DNA from: Promethearchaeota archaeon
GTDB lineage: Archaea > Asgardarchaeota > Lokiarchaeia > Sigyniarchaeales > SOKP01
NCBI GenBank assembly: GCA_048941265.1
Contig: JBHLNT010000120.1
Location: 1-12,552 of the forward strand
DNA: 12,552 nt
Reading direction: 5' to 3'
The translations under genes were made by a program, and so were the position numbers. Under the pieces are notes generated by a model. It did no database searches. It saw nothing but the letters and a program-made list of their open reading frames with translations, and was not told the DNA's origin. This document shows, in pieces, positions 8,221 through 12,552 of the stretch. Within the stretch, counting starts at the first letter, position 1; the number at the start of each line of letters is the position of its first letter.

Positions 8221-8234
8221 AGAGAATATTCTCT
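8221..8234. repeat. Perfect 14-bp palindrome abutting the response regulator start codon
   Basis: AGAGAATATTCTCT equals its own reverse complement and lies immediately upstream of the minus-strand ATG at 8220. Function unproven. Confidence 0.6.
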
Positions 8235-8405
8235 TTTGAAAATATTATTATTAAAAATTTTAGACTTTTTTATATTTAATAGTTATGAGATTTTGGTAAT
8301 ATAAATTAGACTTGCGAAAATAAAACTACTATTTTTTATATATAAATTAATAAATTCTTTATTTTAATAAAAATATCAATAAAAAATTAAGTGATTATAT
8401 TCTCT

Positions 8406-9131
8406 TTATGGTTCTTCAAATTTACTACCAATACCATAATAAACTAAATAAGATCCAGTAAGTGCTAAAAATAAAGATATTAGGGCCCATATAGTCCTGA
8501 ATGTAGAATTATGTAATGTATTTGAGAAAAATATTCCATACAATAAAATAAACAGTAAATTTGAACCTATTATAAATATTTTCCATTTTTTCCTTAATAA
8601 TTCGTCTAAAAGTATTTGGTATATTTTTACTTCAAAATATATACTTGGTATTATAGCAATAGTTGTCATTATAACCATCACATAAATAAAAAGGGTTAAG
8701 TTCCAGTGTGGATACCATCCAGTATCAGCATTAATTATAACTCCATTAGGGATTAATACCATAAAAGAAATTAACATCCCATAAATAAATATTATTAACA
8801 GTTGAGTTGATTTGTTAATTTTTTCCTCACCCTTAAATATAGTTAAACAGAAAATCATAAGAAAGATGGGACCAAGAATTACAAAGAAATTCGTGAGAAA
8901 GTTTAAAAATATTAAAATCTCTGGATCAGTTAGAGGAAAATAAATAAAATTAATAAATATACCAATATCCTCAGATAAAAAAAAACCAACCAGAATTATT
9001 TTTAGTTTCTTTGGATCATTTTTAATAATTCTAACAATTAAATAAAGAAAAAAGATAAAAACAATACTCAGAGCAATGTAAACTTGTATAAATCGAATTA
9101 ATGTTAGTTGAGATAAAACCGTAAATATCAC
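8406..9131 (-). CDS. Stand-alone 7-TM membrane protein (HisKA_7TM-like putative sensor)
   Basis: 241 aa, GTG start. Seven hydrophobic segments, basic loops after TM1, TM3 and TM5, a longer loop between TM4 and TM5 (NGVIINADTGWYPHWN), and no cytoplasmic signalling domain. Confidence 0.75.
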   Translation of the reverse strand: MIFTVLSQLTLIRFIQVYIALSIVFIFFLYLIVRIIKNDPKKLKIILVGFFLSEDIGIFINFIYFPLTDPEILIFLNFLTNFFVILGPIFLMIFCLTIFKGEEKINKSTQLLIIFIYGMLISFMVLIPNGVIINADTGWYPHWNLTLFIYVMVIMTTIAIIPSIYFEVKIYQILLDELLRKKWKIFIIGSNLLFILLYGIFFSNTLHNSTFRTIWALISLFLALTGSYLVYYGIGSKFEEP

Positions 9132-9232
9132 CTATTAATTTTTAATAGTATTAATAGTTATTAATATTCTTCAAAAATTGTCAAAAAAAAATTATAAAAA
9201 TCCTAATTTTTTTCTCTCTTTCATTTTTAATT

Positions 9233-10822
9233 TTATAATGGAAGACTAAAGAAAAAAGTTGAACCCCTATTTCTTCCTTCTGATTCTGCCCAAATTTTAC
9301 CATTGTGAAGTTTTATTATTTCCTTTGAAAGAAATAACCCAAATCCAATTCCTTCATTAATTATATCTAAATGATTACGTTCAATTTTACCGAATTTAGT
9401 AAAAATCTTTTTCTGTTCTTCAGATGTGAGTCCTACACCTGTATCTCTTACCGATATTATTAAGTTTTTATTATTTTCTTCGATATTTACTACTATCTCT
9501 CCGTTAGGAGGAGTATTATTAATAGAATTAGAAATTAAATTTTGAAATACTCTAAATATCTGGGACTCATCAATATAGAGTTCAACTTTTCCAGATATAT
9601 TATGTTTAATTTGAATATTTCTTTTTCTTGCTTGAATAAGAAGCATTTTAATACATTCTAACAATAATTGGGAAATGTCTACTCTTTCCTTATTTAATTT
9701 AAGAATGTTTATATTTAACTGAGAGAGATTTAATAGATTTTCAGCTAGATTTTTTAACCTTTTTGAACCAGAGCGTATTAAATCGATAAATTCTTTATAA
9801 TTAGGTGAAAATAAAAAATCGTACTTTGAATACAATTCTTCATACATTATTGAAATTAATTCTGATGCGCCGTAAATTGATGAAATAGGTGTTTTTAACT
9901 CGTGCGATGCTCTATTAATGAAACTTCCTCGTAATTCATCAAGCATTTTTAATCTCTTATTTTCTTCTTGAATAATTAATTCAACTTGTTTTAGTTTAGT
10001 AACATCTTCAGAAACAATTTGAATATAATCTTTGCCACCTATTTTTACATGTGAAAAAAGATTTTTTAGCCAAATTATTTCATTTTTATTATTTGTGTAC
10101 TTAAATTCTATTGGTTCGGTTATGGGTTCGTTTAATATTTGTTTAAAAATTCTTTTAATCTTTGATTTTACGCTTTTAGGCTTAGATTGTCCTTTTGTTA
10201 AATTAAATGTAAAAATATTCTCATTTACTATCTTGTTTTTAGGTAAATTTAAAATGCGTTCAGTAATTTTGTTGCAATCAACCACAATTCCTTCTAAATC
10301 CAATAGAATAATTGAATTTGGGGATTTTTCAAATAAATTTCGAAATTTTTCTTCCGATTCAATTAAAGCTTCTTCTATTTTTCTACGTTCCGTTAAATCT
10401 CTAGATATTAATAATATTTTATTTTGACCATCTTCCTCAACAACTAAATTACCCCTACTTTCAATCCATATATACGTTCCATTCGTGCGTTTTATCCTCA
10501 ATTCTATAGAAGATCCATTAGTAAAATTGAGATTTTCAAAAAAATTCTTCGTTCTGAGTTGATCTTGAGGGTGTATTAAGCTAAATATCATTTTACCAAT
10601 TAAATCTTCTTTTTTATATCCTAATAACTTCTCGTGAACTGAATCGTTAATATATTCATATTCAAATTCTTCATTAAAAATAGATATCAAATCGTATGCA
10701 TTTTTAGTAATTAATTTATTATATTTTTCATACTCCTCTAATTCTTTCTCGATATTTCTCCTTTCTTTCAAATGTTGTATAATTCCCTCAATCGTAAGTA
10801 TGGGAGCCTTTTCGTTTGTCAT
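9233..10822 (-). CDS. Soluble PAS-PAS sensor histidine kinase
   Basis: Two PAS/PAC units (LIHPQD...WIESRG...SRDLTERR; SPNSIILLD...SEDVTKLK). H-box ASH307ELKTPIS, N-box NLISNS, G1 DTGVG, F-box IFTKF, G2 GIGFGL, GSTFFFSLP. No TM segment. Confidence 0.95.
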   Translation of the reverse strand: MTNEKAPILTIEGIIQHLKERRNIEKELEEYEKYNKLITKNAYDLISIFNEEFEYEYINDSVHEKLLGYKKEDLIGKMIFSLIHPQDQLRTKNFFENLNFTNGSSIELRIKRTNGTYIWIESRGNLVVEEDGQNKILLISRDLTERRKIEEALIESEEKFRNLFEKSPNSIILLDLEGIVVDCNKITERILNLPKNKIVNENIFTFNLTKGQSKPKSVKSKIKRIFKQILNEPITEPIEFKYTNNKNEIIWLKNLFSHVKIGGKDYIQIVSEDVTKLKQVELIIQEENKRLKMLDELRGSFINRASHELKTPISSIYGASELISIMYEELYSKYDFLFSPNYKEFIDLIRSGSKRLKNLAENLLNLSQLNINILKLNKERVDISQLLLECIKMLLIQARKRNIQIKHNISGKVELYIDESQIFRVFQNLISNSINNTPPNGEIVVNIEENNKNLIISVRDTGVGLTSEEQKKIFTKFGKIERNHLDIINEGIGFGLFLSKEIIKLHNGKIWAESEGRNRGSTFFFSLPL

Positions 10823-10977
10823 GATTAAATTTAACTTTTTTTTTTAAAATCCTTACTTTTCTACATTTTTATAAAAATATTTTGAAAATATTAAATAAAT
10901 ATGTTAACAAGAAATGATCTTTTTTCATTTAAAAATCTTAATTTTCTTTTTGTTTATTTATATCAATTTAGCGTATA

Positions 10978-10992
10978 TATATTTAAAAGTTT
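10978..10992 (-). promoter_or_regulatory. Candidate BRE/TATA element upstream of the histidine kinase
   Basis: The minus strand reads AAACTTTTAAATATA about 155 bp upstream of the kinase ATG. The surrounding region is very AT-rich. Confidence 0.25.
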
Positions 10993-11362
10993 AATACTTG
11001 ATTTTATACGAATTAAGATTTTTATGTTAATTTAAATTCTACCTATGAAACTATTATAAAATTTTTAATTAGGAAAACTAAAAGATCTGTGAGCGGACAA
11101 ACATTCTAAATGTAATATTTTCGATTTTGACTTAAAAGTTTTTAAGATTAAATATGCTATAATGCTTCCTCGGTCGTAATTTTATCAATTTTTTGTTTAC
11201 TAAGATTGGAAAATAAAAATTATCTTATTTGAAAATAAGTTATAAATATTTTTTAACTATACTATGAAAAAAAAATGATTTAAAATTTTTTCGAGCTTTT
11301 ACATTATTACTATTAAATCTTAGGCATATTAAATTGGACTATATTATTGATAGATTTGTTTA

Positions 11363-12430
11363 TTACCAGGATCTCCAACCATGTTGACATAAAGTCAAAG
11401 CAGAAGTAAGCGTTGTTGTACTTATAGGATCAAAAGACATAGGGATTTGAAATACAATACCACCAGAGGGATTTCTAGCTTGTAACCAAATTCCAATTGG
11501 AGGAAAAGAGACTGATTCAATTGATATCCAAGCTCCACCATCAGGATGATTTATTGAGCTAAGATGTAAAACTGCTTCGAATTCCAAAACATAAAGAGTT
11601 AAAACAGCCAAAATTATGGTGGCTATCAGTCCACCAGCGAAAAGTCCTATAACCCAAGTTATTGCATCTATTATAAGTGTGCCCGTACCTATATTATTTA
11701 CTTCTGTCGCCGAATATTTAAGATGAAATGTAATCGAAATATATAGTGGAATGAATAAAAACCAAAGATTCGTTAAAATACATGCAGTAGAAAATAATGG
11801 AACGATTAATTCAGGTTGTGCTAATATTAAAGCCATTCTTAGTATGAGGGATTGAGCATTATTGCGAGCATCATCTAAATGATTAAATAGGGCATTGACA
11901 AGCAGAGCAAAAGTATATCCCATTAAAATCGCATCAACGACACCTCCAAATCCGACGATCTTTTTGTTAGTGTTTTCTGTGAAATTATAAATATTAGCAC
12001 CATAGCAGGCTGCTAGAAATATATACTTAGCCGTCGTTTGGGAAATTAATTGTGATAATTGATACCAAGAAATTAACTCTCCATCTAAGATAATACCATT
12101 TTCTGAACCGTGAGAAAATATAACAAGTATTTCGTTATTATCAGACGAAGCAATATTATCTTGTTGATCAATTTCAACTTCGCTATTTATATTATCTGTA
12201 AAGGTTAAAACTCCAGTATTTGCAGCATCTTCGTCACTTCCCACAATTAAAGTAACTTTTTGAAGTATTACGGATGTTTTCGGATCTTTGTCGGCTTGAT
12301 CAGCGATATCGTTATTTTGAGTTGTAGAATTAATATTTTGAAATTCGACAGCAATAATGAAATAAGTACTAAAACAAAAGAAAAATATGAATACCATCGA
12401 TTTAAATTTTTTATTTTTCAGTTTTTTCAC
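11363..12430 (-). CDS. Exported protein with caspase-like (clan CD) cysteine peptidase domain and hydrophobic C-terminal domain
   Basis: GTG start, basic N-region plus hydrophobic stretch (signal peptide or anchor). ILVIFSH107G and YIFLAAC142YG match the strand-His-Gly and strand-Ala-Cys dyad of the caspase/CHAT/gingipain fold. Gly/Ala-rich hydrophobic stretch at aa ~251-286. Confidence 0.7.
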   Translation of the reverse strand: MKKLKNKKFKSMVFIFFFCFSTYFIIAVEFQNINSTTQNNDIADQADKDPKTSVILQKVTLIVGSDEDAANTGVLTFTDNINSEVEIDQQDNIASSDNNEILVIFSHGSENGIILDGELISWYQLSQLISQTTAKYIFLAACYGANIYNFTENTNKKIVGFGGVVDAILMGYTFALLVNALFNHLDDARNNAQSLILRMALILAQPELIVPLFSTACILTNLWFLFIPLYISITFHLKYSATEVNNIGTGTLIIDAITWVIGLFAGGLIATIILAVLTLYVLEFEAVLHLSSINHPDGGAWISIESVSFPPIGIWLQARNPSGGIVFQIPMSFDPISTTTLTSALTLCQHGWRSW

Positions 12431-12552
12431 CTTTTTTTTAATAACTTTTTTCGATAAATTCTAAAATTCGACCATCAACAGAAATTAAATTAAATGATCA
12501 AATTTGAGAAAAAGTTATCAACTTTCATATTTAAACTCTTTACTGACTTTTG

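Noticed and set aside
8406-9131. Rhodopsin call for the 7-TM protein
   Set aside because: TM7 has no retinal-binding lysine motif (DxxxK or SxxxK).
10032-10427. 131-aa plus-strand ORF
   Set aside because: Antisense to the histidine kinase PAS region.
10836-10845. T10 homopolymer upstream of the kinase as a phase-variation tract
   Set aside because: A/T runs of 7-9 nt are common throughout this AT-rich window, and a single sequence gives no evidence of length variation.
11088-11097. TGTGAGCGGA, matching 10 bp of the E. coli lac operator
   Set aside because: The match breaks down on both sides and no vector or lac sequence flanks it, so it is most likely coincidence.
10823-11362. 540-bp intergenic gap as a hidden immunity gene, ncRNA or repeat array
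   Set aside because: Very AT-rich; I found no credible ORF, GC-rich stem or regular repeat by eye.
12260-12457. 65-aa plus-strand ORF
   Set aside because: Antisense overlap with the start of the caspase-like gene, low complexity.

Overview
AT-rich window of protein-coding genes with no rRNA, tRNA, CRISPR array or mobile element that I can see. Gene style and several peptide motifs suggest an Asgard (Lokiarchaeia-like) archaeon, but this is inference from remembered family patterns, not a search. The left half is metabolic: a 5'-truncated sulfatase-superfamily hydrolase with Thr at the usual Cys/Ser position, two tandem GNAT paralogues, and two convergent Gfo/Idh/MocA oxidoreductase paralogues flanking a small membrane ORF and an MFS/GPH sugar transporter. 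The right half (minus strand) holds the most interesting candidates. One is a three-gene signalling cluster: a soluble PAS-PAS histidine kinase, a stand-alone 7-TM protein, and an unusual protein reading as ribbon-helix-helix + HisKA/DHp (no ATPase domain) + receiver. The other is an exported protein with a caspase-like (clan CD) His-Cys dyad fused to a hydrophobic C-terminal domain, possibly an autoprocessed toxin or effector.
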